The notes under the pieces were generated by a model, which saw only the letters and a program-made list of their open reading frames with translations, ran no database searches and was not told where the DNA came from. Shown here one piece after another: positions 1-15,983 of a DNA stretch of 64,000 nt; positions within the stretch are counted from its first letter, which is position 1; each line of letters begins with the position of its first letter. The DNA lies in NCBI RefSeq assembly GCF_009914755.1, contig NC_060936.1. The stretch is one strand, 5' to 3'. The stretch comes from the human T2T-CHM13v2.0 reference genome, Homo sapiens. A program made the position numbers and the translations under genes.

Positions 1-643
1 CTAAAATTATTAATTTAGTGTCATTACCTTCACCAATTTAAAAATACATCTTTCTTTACTGCTAAAATCTGAAAATCGAATTGAATTCTACAATTATATA
101 CATTTAAAACTCCGTGGTGAATTTTCACTTTGGCCCCACAATTTCAAAGAGAAAATTAGCCATTTTTTTCCCAACGAAATCCCATCTAACATGCATATCA
201 AGATGCCATCTGTTGACTTTAAACGTTTTGTAAATACTCAGAGGAGAGAGAAGCATGTTCACTGTTCTGCTTTTATCAGAAATCTTCAAGAAAGCACTGC
301 TTTGTAATAGTAAATGTTTTCATTGAACTTTTGATAGATTTTTTCCTTTGGTTTGACTTCGCTTCATAAATAGTTGCTTGGCTGCCTCAGTTACATAGTA
401 GTGAAATGTAGTAAAAAAAAGACTTCTCCCTATAGGCTCATTTAAAAGCAATTAAACCCTTATTTCTGGATTAAACATTTCAATTTTTCTTTTCAAAAAT
501 AAAGTATTAGGTGTTTTCTTCAAAATACGAAGGTGGTGTATCAATATAGTTATAAACAGTTTTTACAATTTGCCGTGCCTGCATTTTAATTTAAGTACTG
601 GTTTCAGCACTTGTTACCATAAAATATAAATGGTAAAATAATG

Positions 644-1816
644 ATAATAAGAGCTATTATGACACACCCACAGCCAATATCATACTGAATGGGCAAAAGC
701 TGGAAGCATTCCCTTCGAAAACCAGCACAAGACAAGCATGCCCTCTCTTACCACTCCTATTCATCATAGTATTGGAAGTTCTGGCCAGGGAGATCAGGCA
801 AGAAAAAGAACTAAAGTTATTCAAATAGGAAGAGAGAAAGTCAAATTATCTCTGTTTGCAGATGACATGACTGCATATTTAGAACACACCATAATCTCAG
901 CCCAAAAACTCCTTGAGCTGATAAGCAACTTCAGCAAAGTCTCAGGATACAAAATCCATGTGTAAAAATCACAAGCATTCCTATACACCAATAATAGACA
1001 AACAGAGAGCCGAGTCATGAGCAAACTCACATTCATAATTGCTAAAAAGAGAATAAAATATGTAGGAATATGATTTACAAGGGATGTGAAGGACCTCTTT
1101 AAGGAGAACTACAAACCACTGCTCAAGGAAATAAGACAGGACACAAACAAATGGAAAAACATTCCATGCTCATGGATAGGAAGAACCAATATCATGAAAA
1201 TGGCCATACTGCCCAAAGTAATTTATAGATTCAGTGCTATTCCCATCAAGCTACCATTGACTTTCTTCAAAGAATTAGAAAAAATTACTTTAAATTTCAT
1301 ATGGAACCAAAAAAGAGCACGCATAGCCAAGACAATCCTAAGCAAAAAAGAACAAAGCTGGAGGCATCACACTACCTGATTTCAAAGTATGCTACAAGAC
1401 TACAGCAGCAAAAACAGCATGGTACTGGTACCAAAACAGATATATAGACCAATGGAACAGAACAGAGGCCTCAGAAATAACATCACTCATCTACAACCAT
1501 CTGATCTTTGAAAAGCCTGACAGAAGCAAGCAATGGGGAAAGGACTCCCTATTTAATAATGGTGTTGGGAAAACTGGCTAGCCATATGCAGAAAACTGAA
1601 ACTGGACCCCTTCCTTACACCTTATACAAAAATTAACTCAAGATGGATTAAAGATTTAAATGGAAGACCTAAAACCATAAAAACCCTAGAAAACAACCCA
1701 GGCAATACCATTCAGGACATAGGCATGGGAAAGACTTCATGACTAAAACACCAAAAGTAAGGGCAACGAAAGTCAAAAATGACAAATGGGATCTAATTAA
1801 ACTAAAGAGCTTCTGT

Positions 1817-1847
<31 letters not shown>

Positions 1848-2817
1848 CACTATCATCAGAGTGAATAGGCAACCTACAGAATGGGAGGAGATTTTTTGCA
1901 ATCTACCCATTTGACAAAGGGCTCATATCCAGAATCTACAGGGAACTTAAACAAATTTACAAGAAAAAAACAAAAAACCCCATCAAAAATCAGGTGAAGG
2001 ATATGAACAGACACTTTTCCAAAGAAGACATTTATGTGGCCAAGAAACAGATCTCATCATCAATGGTCATTAGAGAAATGCAAATCAAAACCACAATGAG
2101 CTACCATCTCATGCCAGTTAGAATGGTGAACATTAAAAAGTCAGGAAACAACAGATGCTGGAGAGGATGTGGAGAAATAGGAACGCTTTTACACTGTTGG
2201 TGGAAGTATAAATTAGTTCAACCACTGTGGAAGACAGTGTAGCAATTCCTCAAGGATCTAGAACTAGAAGTATCATTTTACCCAGCAATCCCATTACTGT
2301 GTATATACCCAAAGGATTATAAATCATTCCACTAAAGACACAAGCACACGTATGCTTATTGTGACACTATTCACAATAGCAAAGACTTGGAACCAACTGA
2401 AATGCTCATCAATGATATACTAAATAAAGAAAATGTGGGCACATGTACACCATGGAACACCATGCAGCCATAAAAAAGGATGAGTTCATGTCCTTTACAG
2501 GGACATGGATGAAGCTGGAAACCATCATTCTTAGCAAACTAACACAGGAACAGAAAACCAAACACCGCATGTATTCACTCATAAGTAGGAGTTGAACAAT
2601 GAGAACATATGGGCACAGGGAGGGGAACATCACACACAGGGGCCTGTGGGGGGTGGGGACCTAGGGGAGGGATGACAATAGGAGAAATACCTAATGTAGA
2701 TGACAGGTTGATGGGTGCAGCAAACCACCATGGCACAAGAATACCTATGTAACAAACCTGCACGTTCTGCACATGTATCCCAGAACTTAAAGTATAATAA
2801 TAAAAAAATTAAAAATG
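644..2817 (+). mobile_element. 5'-truncated LINE-1 (L1PA7/L1PA8-like): 3' part of ORF2, 3'UTR and A-rich tail
   Basis: ORF2 peptides ([24 protein letters not shown]) in broken frames; 3'UTR gatgacaggttgatgggtgcagcaaaccaccatggcac...cccagaacttaaagtataataa; candidate TSD aataatgat at 637-645 and 2818-2826. Confidence 0.93.
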
Positions 2818-2852
2818 AATAATGATGGAATCTACAAATCTTTACTATTTAG

Positions 2853-2890
2853 TTTTTTTGTTTCATTTTGTTTTGTTTTGTTTGGTTTGG
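2853..2890. repeat. (TTTTG)n-type simple repeat
   Basis: tttttttgtttcattttgttttgttttgtttggtttgg. Confidence 0.75.
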
Positions 2891-2892
2891 TG

Positions 2893-3240
2893 GCAAAAAT
2901 AACAACCCACCTGGAAAAAGATTAGGCCAAGAGAGGAATTAATTGGAAGGCTTATGGAAGGAAACTCAAAGATGCAAGTCTTGTAGTCCTTATCTTTAAA
3001 TATTTTATGTGTCTGCTTGATTCCCTGCTACTGAACATTTGTTTCTTCTGCAAAAGCAGGTCCTTCACTATACTCCACAGTGTCAGCAACCAGGGAAATA
3101 AAGACAACCTCCTTGTCTGATCTCAGGTTCAATAATCTCTGCAAAAACTCCAACTGGTTCCACTTGGGTCATATTTCTTGCATCCCCTTTCCCTACTGAA
3201 TCTCAGTGGCCAGAGCAAAGGGGTTTATGTGAGATAACTC
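2893..3240. mobile_element. Degenerate MLT1-type (ERVL-MaLR) LTR fragment
   Basis: aggaattaattggaagg and cttgggtcat...cagtggccagag resemble old MLT1J/K/L motifs; heavily diverged. Confidence 0.4.
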
Positions 3241-4129
3241 CTTCTAATTGACTCATGATATAAAATATTAACTCTCAGAAGATGGTGTATACTACTGTCC
3301 TGAGCAACTAAAGATTACACATCCAAAATACTACCTCTGAATATTAAGTTAAGAAACTTACATGAAGCACTTGGCATGGTGCCTGGCATGGGGCAAAAAA
3401 TGTTAAGTCAATTTCTTTTGTACACATTCTATAACTCAAAGGGCACATAGAAATTACACAGAGGAAACTATACATTTTGAAGCCACTCTAAGGCTGTAGC
3501 ATTGGGTGTGACATAGAATAAGAAGGAGAGAGTAATGATATAAAAGGCTGAGAGCTTTGAAGGAGACAGGATCCATGATGAATTTATATGGAGGATTTGA
3601 ATAATACGTTTTATGGTATCTGGATTTCTCTCATTTTTTCACAAATTCCTCAATGTTTATATGAATTTTGTTATATTTTATTTAAAATGACATTTAAGTT
3701 GAATTTATTTTGGTGGCAATTGATAGAAAACAAACAATTTTAAGTGAATTTATTTACTTGGATAACTAAGAATAGAAATATGGTACCTTCAACCTTCAAG
3801 ATAGGCCTGATTCAGCACCTGCCATAAAAATCTCAGGGATCGTTTTTGCATTGCCTATCTGTTTTTGTAATGTCAGCTTGGTCTTTGGGGTCCATATAAT
3901 GGTTGTCTTCCCACCATAACTCTTTTGGCTGCCCAAAGCACCTCCCCTAAATGTATGAAAATAGCTACAATAATTTTTAATTTCACATACAATCATTACT
4001 TTATTTAGTGGAAGATTTTCTTTGGATTGCTCCAACATATGTTCACCTTTAGAAGTGAAAAATCTTAGCCTCACACTATGGAAAAGTAGTACTTACTCAT
4101 CAACTGTTCATGTTTTTGTCCGTATGTTT

Positions 4130-4474
4130 TCTGTGTATTTCCCAGCCTCCTCTAAAATTGGATAGAGGTCATGAGATTACTTCTGCCTAATGGAGTATAA
4201 ACAACAATGGTATGTCACTGCTAGATTGAGGCTATCAGTGCAACTGTGTTTCCAGCAAGACTCTCATTCCCTTCTTGACAACCTTCAATTTATATGTTGA
4301 GGTGGCGGCTTTGCAAGAGGTTGGTATGTTGAACCTCAAAGTCACGGGTTGAAGGGGACATGGATTTTCCTACAATGGACATCATGAGGGAGAAATAAAA
4401 TTGTGCTTATTTAACCACTGAGATTTGGAGGTTTAATAGTTATTACTACATAATCTACCTATTCTTACTAATAC
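4130..4474 (+). mobile_element. MLT1I/J-like solo LTR
   Basis: atttcccagcctcc...ttctgcctaatgga; agaaataaa...ccactgagatttggagg; terminal ctaataca typical of MLT1 LTR ends. Confidence 0.65.
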
Positions 4475-5094
4475 ACCCACAAAACCACTTGTTTGCAAAA
4501 AGAGTGACAATAAAAATTAACAAGGACTCTTATCTCTGTCACTTAAAATCATAATTATAAGTTATTTCTCTGACTCCTTACCTATTTAGACTTTAGTTCG
4601 ATGCTTAGAAATAAATAGAAGAGAATGGTGACAAAGAAATAAAAGAGCTTCCAGCAGTAGAATAGTATATTCAAGAAATACCATCACTGGGTTCTAAATG
4701 GATTTATCAGGAGTCAAGAACCAATGACCACCTTCAGAAGTCATGTGCCACCACATCTAATGTATCTCTAACAACTGTCAGTTAAAAATCTATTCTCATT
4801 AAGGCTATGAAATTTTAATATATTTGAATGGGAAGATTTATTGTGTATAATGATAATACAAAACATTATAATTTATAGCAAAGGATCTGTAACCCATTCA
4901 GAAATAAAAATGTTCAATGCATAGTTATTCATAATAGCTCAGATAATTTATCTTATAAAATATATTTGATAAGTTAACAAACTATAAAACTTGGTTTTGT
5001 ATAATGTATCAAGTGATAAGATATTAAGCTAGATATTCTCTACTCATGGATTCCATGCCTAGATACTTGTTGCTCAGGTCTTACCTGAGAGAAG

Positions 5095-5290
5095 CAGAAT
5101 ATACAGTAAAGCTAATAGAATGTCTGGGTTCAAATACAGACATACAGTTGATGTGATTGAATGACTCAATTCCTGTGAACCTTGGTTTAGTCATCTGTGG
5201 AGTCAGCATACAGTGTATTGTACCAACCAACCAACCAAGACATTTTTGTAAGTGAGCCAACATTACTAATAATAATTGTGTCAAGATAAT
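5095..5290 (+). mobile_element. MIR SINE remnant
   Basis: ctgggttcaaat...gtgaaccttggtttagtcatctgtgg resembles the MIR core. Confidence 0.5.
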
Positions 5291-5896
5291 GAGCATAGCC
5301 ATATATCACTTTTTGTGTGATGTACCATGCACAACATCTCTGCTACCCATACAAAATGTGATGTATGGTTCTCCTTTTCATTTATAAAATTAAAATTTTT
5401 TTAACAGTGAATGCCACAAAGAATTGTTGTACAGAAAACAAATGAGAGAATGAGTTTAAGAGAAGTAATATGGTTAGACATAGGGTTTGGACTTCAGAAG
5501 GCCCTTTATCGCAAACACAAGAGTACAAAATGCTAATCCTTCTGCTCCTTGGACTCTGGCATCATTCCTGGCATGAAGCAACCCAGAAACGAAAACATCC
5601 ACTTTCCTGACAGTCTTTAGCCATCATGGAATCATTCCCCTTTATCTAGCCCTGTGCCTAGGAAAGAAAGGGCACCTGCTTCTCTGATCTGTGAAGATTT
5701 GTGGGCTGTATCGTTGCTCAGATGGAGAAAGTACTCTGGTGTAAGAGTACAGGAAGAATTAAAGCAGTAAAAGAGCTTAAGTAAAATTAAAAAAAGCGGT
5801 AATTGGCTTTCAGATTGCTTGAATGCAATAGATACTTATAATAAAACTAAATATTTCCTAGTTGAATTAAGCATTTATTTTCTTTTTTGAGGAAAT

Positions 5897-6024
5897 TTGT
5901 TTTTATTTATTTATTATTGTTATTATTATTTATCTTACTTTAAGTTCTGGGTTACATGTGCAGAATGTACAGTTTTGTTACATAGGTATACATGTGCCCT
6001 GGTGGTTTGCTGCACCAATCAACC
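5897..6024 (-). mobile_element. Very short L1PA (PA7/8-like) 3'-end insertion
   Basis: T-rich tail then actttaagttctgggttacatgtgcagaatg...ggtggtttgctgcacc, the reverse complement of the L1PA 3' terminus. Confidence 0.85.
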
Positions 6025-8026
6025 TTTTCTTGGTTCTCTTCATGTTGCTTTGCATGGATGCAGGAATATTTATGAGTAAGTACATTTGCAAAAGTTGCAC
6101 GAAGCAGCTAAAGATATTTTACTTCATTTACATTCACTTTATTTTACATTTTTGATAAAAAATACTATGAATATTACTTTGAATATGATTACACTTTACT
6201 TTTTATTATTGTATGACGTGAAAATTCTGATTATAACATAGTAATCTTTAAAATAAACATAAAAATATATAAAATGGAATGCTTGAGAACTTGTGAATTG
6301 TGTATATCATTAATATTTATTTAAGTGTCTTCTTATTTTCAGAACACCTGCACTCTGACATTTTTTGAGCTTTAAGTCATATTAAAGTCATAGATTAGGC
6401 AGAGCTAAAAGGACGCAGCATGTTTGGTGGAGTAAAAACCCTGAGAAATCTGTCTCCTCATCTAGCCAAAAATTACACTGGCATAATATCTCTGATGCAA
6501 CCACTTTTGAACTCTTTTGAGTCTATAGAAAGCTTGTAACTTTTAGGAGAATTTGTAATTAATTTATGTCTTAGCATGGAAATAGCTGTCTATCATTCAC
6601 CACTTGCTCACATAGCATGTAGCCTGTCATTCTTGGAGCATTTTGCACACAGTTTGTGGGAGTCAGAGTGGGCAATGGGGACCCCATCTTCCAAATACCA
6701 ACAACCAGCATTCTGATTACTGATTCTGATTGCCAAAATGCTCACATGAGTGTGGGAAATCATTATTGTAAACTTCTCCTGCTGTGGGTGGTGTCTTTCT
6801 GGGAATTTAAAGGAACAGAATAATTTTTCTTCTTTCATTTTTCTCTTCTTCCTCTTTTGAGAGCCAGAAATTTAAGAATAAAAACAATCAAAAGCAACTA
6901 TATAAAGAATTTGAAAAGTCACTGTGTGTGTCTAGGGAACAGCCCAGACACAGAAAGACCTAAGAAGACATTAAGTTACACTATAGGCTGATACATGGCA
7001 CAGAAACATCCTGCAACAATTTTTAAATTAAACAATGACAAATAAACAAAACCATCATTTAAAAAACCTAAGGAAGATGGAGAACTAGATCACTACAGTT
7101 AGTCTGTTATAAAATTAAAATATCTAGTTTTCAGCAAAATGCATATACACACAGGGTGCACAAAAAACCAAAAGTATGACACATTCAAAAGAAAAATAAA
7201 TAAATATACAGAAACTGCCTCTGAGAAAGACCAAATGGGCCTACTAGACAATGGCTTTAAAACGAGTATCTTAAAGATATTTGAAGATATCAAATAAGTC
7301 ATAGGTAAAGTCAAGAAAATGATGTCTAAGCAAAGTGGAAATATCAATAAAGGGAAAATAATAAAAAGGAACCAAAAGGAAATTGTGGAGCTGAAAAGTA
7401 CAGTAACTAAAATAAAAAATTTACTTGGAGGATTTAAAAACAGACTGTAACAGACAGATAAATGAATTAGTTACTTTAAGATACAACAGTTGAAATTAGT
7501 CAGTCTGGGAAACAGAAAAAAAAAAGATTGGAGGGAAGAGAACAGAGCCTAAAGAACCTATGGAACACCATCAAACTGACCAGAGTATACACTGTGGGAG
7601 TCTCAGAAAAAGAAGAGAAAGAGCAGATTGTTTGAAAAATATCAGCTGGAAACTTCTCAAATTTGATTAAAAACATGAATATAAATATTCAAGAAGCTCA
7701 AAGAACTCCAAGCAGGATAATGCAAAGACACTCACATAAGAGCACATTAAAATGAATCTGTTGAAACCCCAAAACAGAGAGAATATTGAAAGCAGAAAGA
7801 AAGAAATGAACTGTCATATGCAACATATTTTCAATAAGACTATGAGAAGATTTTTCATCAGAAACCTTGAAAGCTAGAAGACAGTGGATAGTTATATTCA
7901 AAGTGCTAAAGGGGAAAAAAAAGCAAAAACAAAAAAACCTGTCAACCAATAATTCTATGTCCAGCAAAATTATTCTTCACAATTAAAGGAGAAATTAAGA
8001 TATTTCAAGATAAAGAAAATGTGAGG

Positions 8027-8316
8027 CATGCCAGGCATGGTGACTTACACCAGTAATCCTAGCACTTTGGGAGGCTGAGGCAGGCAGACTGCCTGAGCTC
8101 AGGAGTTCGAGACCAGCCTGGACAATGTACCAACACCTTGTCTCTACTAAAAATACAAAAAATTAGCCAGGTGTGGTGGTACAAAACTGTAATCTCAGCT
8201 ACTCGGGAGGCTAAGGCGCGAGAAGTGCTTAAACCCAGGAGACAGAGGTTGCAGTGAGACGAGATATCTCCACTGCATTTCAGCCTGGGTGACAGAACAA
8301 GACTCTGTCTCAAAAA

Positions 8317-8341
<25 letters not shown>
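8027..8341 (+). mobile_element. Alu (old AluS/AluJ-like)
   Basis: Full dimer with poly(A); TSD aaagaaaa(t/c)gtgagg at 8012-8026 and 8342-8356. Confidence 0.95.
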
Positions 8342-8351
<10 letters not shown>

Positions 8352-8511
8352 TGAGGGAATTCATTACCACTAGACCTACTTTGTGAGAAATGCTAAAGGA
8401 AGTTTATGAGGGCAAAATGAAAGGACACTGGACAGTAATTTGAAACTGTGTGAAGAATTAAGATCCCTGGTAAAGATAAACACATGGAAAATTATAAAAA
8501 CTAGTTCAATT

Positions 8512-8904
<393 letters not shown>

Positions 8905-9669
8905 TCAATTGTAACTTTAGTTTGTAACTACACTTTTTGTCTTCTACATGATTTAAAAGACTAATGCATTAAAATAATTACTAATTATTTTACTAATAAT
9001 TATGCATTTGTACACACAATGTACCAAGATGTAATTTTGTGACATCAACAACTAAAAGAAGTGGGAGATAGGGTTGTATGGGAGCAGAGGTTTTTATGTT
9101 ATTTATGTTAAGCCAGTATAAATTCAAATTATGGTGTTATAACTTTATTATTTTAAATGTGGTCCCTATAGTAACCACAAAGAGAAGCACAAAATATACA
9201 CAAAAGGAAATAAGAAGGGAACTAAAATGCCTCTCTCCAAAACTCTAACAAGTACAAAAGAAGACAGTAATGCAAGATTTGAAGGACAGGATAAAGCCAC
9301 AAGGGATATAGAAAAAAATAGATGACAGAAGTTCCTCTTATCAGTAATTACTCTAAATATGAATGAATTACATTCTCTAACTACAAGCAGAGATTGGCAG
9401 AATAGATTCTCAAAAGAGGACATAATCCAAGTATATGCTGTCTGTAAGACACATTCAATCTAAACTCATAACTTGAATATGAAAAGATGAAAAATATGAT
9501 ATTCCCTGTAATTAATAGCTAAAAGAAAAAAGGAATGGCCATACTAAAATCAGACAAAATGGATATTAAAACAAAGAAAAAGTTGTAAGAGATAGAAAAA
9601 ACACTCTGGAAAGTGAGTAAAGTCTCTTAGAGATGCGGAAACTGAGATATAGAAACTTGGAGCTGATGA

Positions 9670-11112
<1,443 letters not shown>

Positions 11113-11496
11113 TATATTAGTTTGTTCTCACATTGCTATAGAGAACTACATGAGTCTGGGTAATTTATAAAGTAAAGAGGTTTAATTGACTCACAGTTCC
11201 TCAGGCTGTACAGGAAGCATGGCTGGGGAGGCCTTGAGAAACTTACAATCATGCCAGAAGGCAAAGGGAAAGTAGGCATGTCTTACATTACCAGAGAAGG
11301 AGGAAGAGAGAGTAGGGAGATGGTGATACACACTTTTAGGCAACCATACTTTATGAGAACTCACTCAGTATCATGAGAACAGTAAGGAGGAAGTCTGCCC
11401 TATGATCCAATCACCTCCCACTAGGCACCTCCTCCAATATTGGGTGTTACAATTCAACATGAGATTTGGGTAGGGACAAAAATGCAAACCATATCG
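11113..11496 (-). mobile_element. MSTA-like LTR
   Basis: tatattagtttgttctcacattgctata...gagatttgggtagggacaaaaatgcaaaccatatc; homologous to the LTRs at 56607 and 58584. Confidence 0.88.
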
Positions 11497-14400
11497 CTAA
11501 TAAAATTAAGGCAGAAATCAAGAAGTTTTTTGAAACTAATGAGAATAAAGATACAGCATACCAGATTTTCTGGGACACAGGTAAGCTAGTGTTCAGAGGG
11601 AAATTTATAGCACTAAACACTAACACCAGAAAGTTAGAAAGATCTCAATTTAACAACCCAACATCAAAACTAAAAGTGCTAGAGAACCAACTAAAAGTGC
11701 TAGAGAACCAAAGCTAGCAGAAGACAGGAAATAGCCAAAATTAGAGTTGAACTGAGGGAGACTGAGACACAATAAACCATTGAAAAGATCAACAAATTCA
11801 GGAGTTTGTTTTTAGAAAAAAGTAATAAGACAGATAGACCACTAGATAGACTAAGAAAGAAGAAAAGAGAGAAGAGCCAAATAAACACAATTAGAAATGT
11901 CTAAGGGGATATTACCACTGACTCCACAGAAATAAAAATAACCATCAGAGATGACTATGAGCACCTCTATTCATAAACTAGAAAATCAAGATGAAATGAA
12001 TTAATTCCTAGACACATACACCCTCCTAATACTAAACTAAGAAGAAATTAAATCCAAGAATATACCAACAACACACTTGGATCAGTAACAAAAAGTCTAC
12101 CGATAAAATAAAAGCCCAAGACCAGATGGATTCACAGCTGAATTCTCCCAGATTTTCAAAAACAGCTCATACCATTCCCACTGAAACTATTTCAAAAATT
12201 GAGGATGTGGGACTCCTCCACTATTCATTCTATGAGTCTGGCATCATTCTAATACTAAAACCTGGGAGAGACACAACAACAACTACAACAACAAAACATC
12301 AGGCCAATATCCTTGATAAACTTTAATGCAAAAATCCTCAACAAAACACTGGCAAACTGAATCCAGCAGTACATCAAAAAGCTAGTCTACTACGATTAAC
12401 AAGGCCTTATCCCTGGGATGCCAGGTTGGTTCAACATATGCAAATCAAGAAATGTGATTCATCACATAAACAGAACTAAAGACAAAAAGCACATGGTTAT
12501 CTCAATAAATGCAGAAAAAGCTTCTCATAACACTGAACATCCCTTCATGTTAAAAACTTTCAATAAACTGGGGACTAAAGGAACATACCTCAAAATAATA
12601 AGAGCCATATATGACAAAACTACAGCCAACATCATAGTGAATGGGCAAAAGCTGGAAGCTTCCCCTCGAAAACAAGACAAGGATGCCCTCTCTCACCAAT
12701 TATCTTCAACATAGTATTGAAAGTTCTGGCCAGAGCAATCAGGCAAGAGAAAGAAATAAAGGCATCCAAATAGGAAGAGCAGAAGTCAAATTATCTCAGT
12801 TTGCAGATGATATGATTCCATATTTAGAAAATTCCATAATCCCTGCTCAAACATTTCTTGATGTGATAACCAACGTCAGCAAATTTTTAGGATACAAAGT
12901 CAATATACAAAAATCAGTAGCATTTCTATACATGAACAACAGCCAAGCCAACAGGCAATTCAGTAATGCAATCCCATTCACATTTGTCGGAAAAAGAATA
13001 AAATACCTAAGAATACAGCTGATCAGAGAGGTAAAAAATCTCTACAATAAGAATTTCAAACAAATCAGAGATGACATAATCAAATGAAAAAATGTTCCAT
13101 GTTCATGGATAGGAAAAATCATTATTATTAAAATGGCCATACTGCCCAAAGCAATGTATGGATTCAATACTATTCCTAATAAATTATGAACAACATTCTT
13201 CAGCTTTTACAATAATAAACAAACGCCATTTTAAAATACATATAGAGCCAAAAAAGGTCTTGTATAGAAAAACAATCCTAAATCCTAAATCCAAAAAGAA
13301 CAAAGCTGGAGGCATCATGTTACCCAACATCAAACACAGGGCTATAATAACCAAAACAGCATGTACTGGTAGAAAAACAGACATAGCCAATAGAAGTCAA
13401 TAGAGAGTTTAGAAATACTGCTGCACGGTTATAACCATCTGATCTTTGACAAAGCTGACAAAAACAAGCAGTGTGGAAGAGACCCCTCTGCCATTCAATA
13501 AATGGTGCTGGGATAGCTGACTATCCATATGCAGAAGCTTGAAACTGGACCCCTTCTTTATATCATATACAAAAATCAACTTGAGATGGCATAAAGACTT
13601 AAATGTACAACCCAAAACTATAAAAACCCTGGAAAATAACTTAGGCAATACCATTCTGCACATAGGAATAGGCAAAGATTTCATGATGAAGATGCCAAAA
13701 ACAATTGTGACAAAAGCAAAAATTGACAAATGGGATCTATTTTATATAAAGAGCTTCTGCTCAGCAAAAGAAACTATCAACAGAGTAAACAGACATACTA
13801 CAGGGTGGCAGAAAATTTTGCAAACTATGCATCTGACAAAGGTCTAATATCCCGCATCTATAAGAAAAGTTAACAAATTTACAAGATAAAGCAAACAACC
13901 CCATTAAAAAGTGGACAAAAGACAAAAACAGACACTTTTCAAAACAAAATATACATGCAGCCAACAAACATATGAAAATAAGCTCAATATGACTAATCAT
14001 TAGAAAAATGCAAACCAAAACCACAATGAAATACCATCTCACACCAGACTAGCTATTACTCCAAAGTCAAAAAATAACAGATGTTGCTGAGGTTGCAAAG
14101 AAAAAGGAACACTTAGACATTGTTGGTGGTGTTAGTTCGACCAATGTGAAAGACAGTCTGACAATTCCTCAAAGAGCTAAAAACAGAACTACTATTTGAC
14201 CCAGCAATCCTATTACTGGGTTTATAACCAAAGGAATATAAATCACTGTAACATAAAGACACATGCACATGTATGCTTATTGCAGCCCCATTCACAAAAG
14301 CAAAGACATGGAATCAACCTAAATGCCCATTAATGGTAGACTGGAAAAAGAAAATGTGGTACATAAACACTATGGAATACTATGCAGCCATAAAAGAGTG

Positions 14401-14720
14401 AGATCATTTCTTTTACAAGAACATAAATGGAGCTGGGTGCCAATATCTTTAGTAAACTAACACTGGAACAGAAAATCAAATACTGCATGTTCTCACCTAT
14501 AAGTATGAGCCAAATGATGCGAACACATGGACACTTACAGACACTGGGGCCTACGTGATGGTGGAGGGTGAGAGGTGATAGAAGTAGAAAAAATAACTAT
14601 CAGGAATAGACTTAGTACCCAGGTGATGAAATAATCTGTACAACAAACCCCTTTGACAGGAGTTAACCTGTGTAACAAACCTGAATGTGTACCCCCAAAC
14701 CTAAAATACAAGTGTAAACA
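11497..14720 (+). mobile_element. 5'-truncated LINE-1 (L1PA13-L1PA15-like): degraded ORF2 and 3'UTR
   Basis: ORF2 peptides [29 protein letters not shown]; 3'UTR ggtgatgaaataatctgtacaacaaacccc...cctaaaata. Confidence 0.9.
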
Positions 14721-15105
14721 AGTAACGACTACATTTTTTCAAAAAAACTAAATGGGACCATTGCCGCCTCTTTAGTATTGTTATAAACAGAAATTGTGAT
14801 AGTGTTTGTAGGCTCATGGCAGAAAGTAGGTCTTCAATTTAATATTAGTAAAACTTGAAAACAATAGGCTTACTTATATATTTTGGTTTTGACATGAAGA
14901 TGTTTGTCAAGAAAGAAAAGTAATTTTTAACATTTTGCAAGGTAATTTATAACTTCTAGATATTTGAACATTCAAATATTTATTGTGTTAATCTAAGCCT
15001 GATAATGTTGGATGGATGGGTGGGAGTGTTGTTTAAATCACTCTGATATTTCATAGTAGGGTAAGAAATGTTAGCTGTTACAACAAAAATGATATTAAAC
15101 AAGAC

Positions 15106-15286
15106 CAGTGGTTCTCAACATTCACTGCAAATGAAAGCCAGTGGGGAGATTTAAAAAGATAGAAATGTTTGGGCCTCACTTTCCTTTCCTGTCTGGATTA
15201 TGATTTCATTGATTTAACATCGTTCTGGGATTTGGTATTTCATTTTAATTCAAATTGAAATTTGAATCTAGAGTTATGAATTACTG
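15106..15286. mobile_element. MER5-like hAT-Charlie MITE
   Basis: Terminal inverted repeats cagtggttctcaa ... atgaattactg. Confidence 0.6.
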
Positions 15287-15296
15287 GGCTAGAGAA

Positions 15297-15484
15297 TAGT
15301 GGTTCTCAGACACTAGCATTCCTCAGAGTAACCTGGAAGGCTTATTAAGACACATATTGCTGGGCCTCACCTAAAGAGTTTTTAATTCACTAGGTCTTGA
15401 GTGGGCCCAAGAAGCCACATTTTCTAAGATATTTTTAGGTATGCTAATGCTGCTAGTCCAGGGATTAGACTATGAAGACCATAG
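15297..15484. mobile_element. MER5A-like hAT-Charlie MITE
   Basis: tagtggttctcag...acctggaaggcttattaagacacatattgctgggcctcac...atgctaatgctgctagtcc. Confidence 0.75.
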
Positions 15485-15490
15485 GACTAA

Positions 15491-15795
15491 TAATAGTTCT
15501 TAAAATTTTAGAAATCATAGGCTATTTCAAGAATAATAATAGATGCTATTAACATTCCCAACCCCCTAAAAGTGTACGTGTGTATATATATGTGTGTGTG
15601 TGCATATATGTATATATGTATATGTATATATACACACATGCATATACATATAAATTATATATACAATGTGTATATATATAATTTATATATATAAATTCAA
15701 AATATTGCATACACTTTCAGAGATTTCACAAATTCACTGAAACACCTCCATTGAACTTTTAAGAGTTCAAACATTTGAGGCTACAACTCTTGAAC
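15491..15795. mobile_element. Third degenerate hAT-type MITE, split by a TA/TG microsatellite
   Basis: taatagttcttaaa TIR-like start; aaaatattgcatacactttcag internal motif; family not resolved. Confidence 0.35.
15572..15692. repeat. Compound (TG)n/(TA)n microsatellite
   Basis: gtgtgtatatatatgtgtgtgtgtgcatatatgtatatatgtatatg... Confidence 0.9.
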
Positions 15796-15983
15796 TAAAT
15801 AATTTCTGATATTGTCATCTCTTTAGCTCAAAAATCCAATGTCATCATTTTCCTTTGAGAAATAATTTTATTGCAAATAAAAAATTAAAGCATTATACTA
15901 CCATTGAAGAATTTATACAGAAAAACAATGAAATTGTTTAAATACACAAAACATGATTTGAAATCTTAGATTAAGAATTAATC

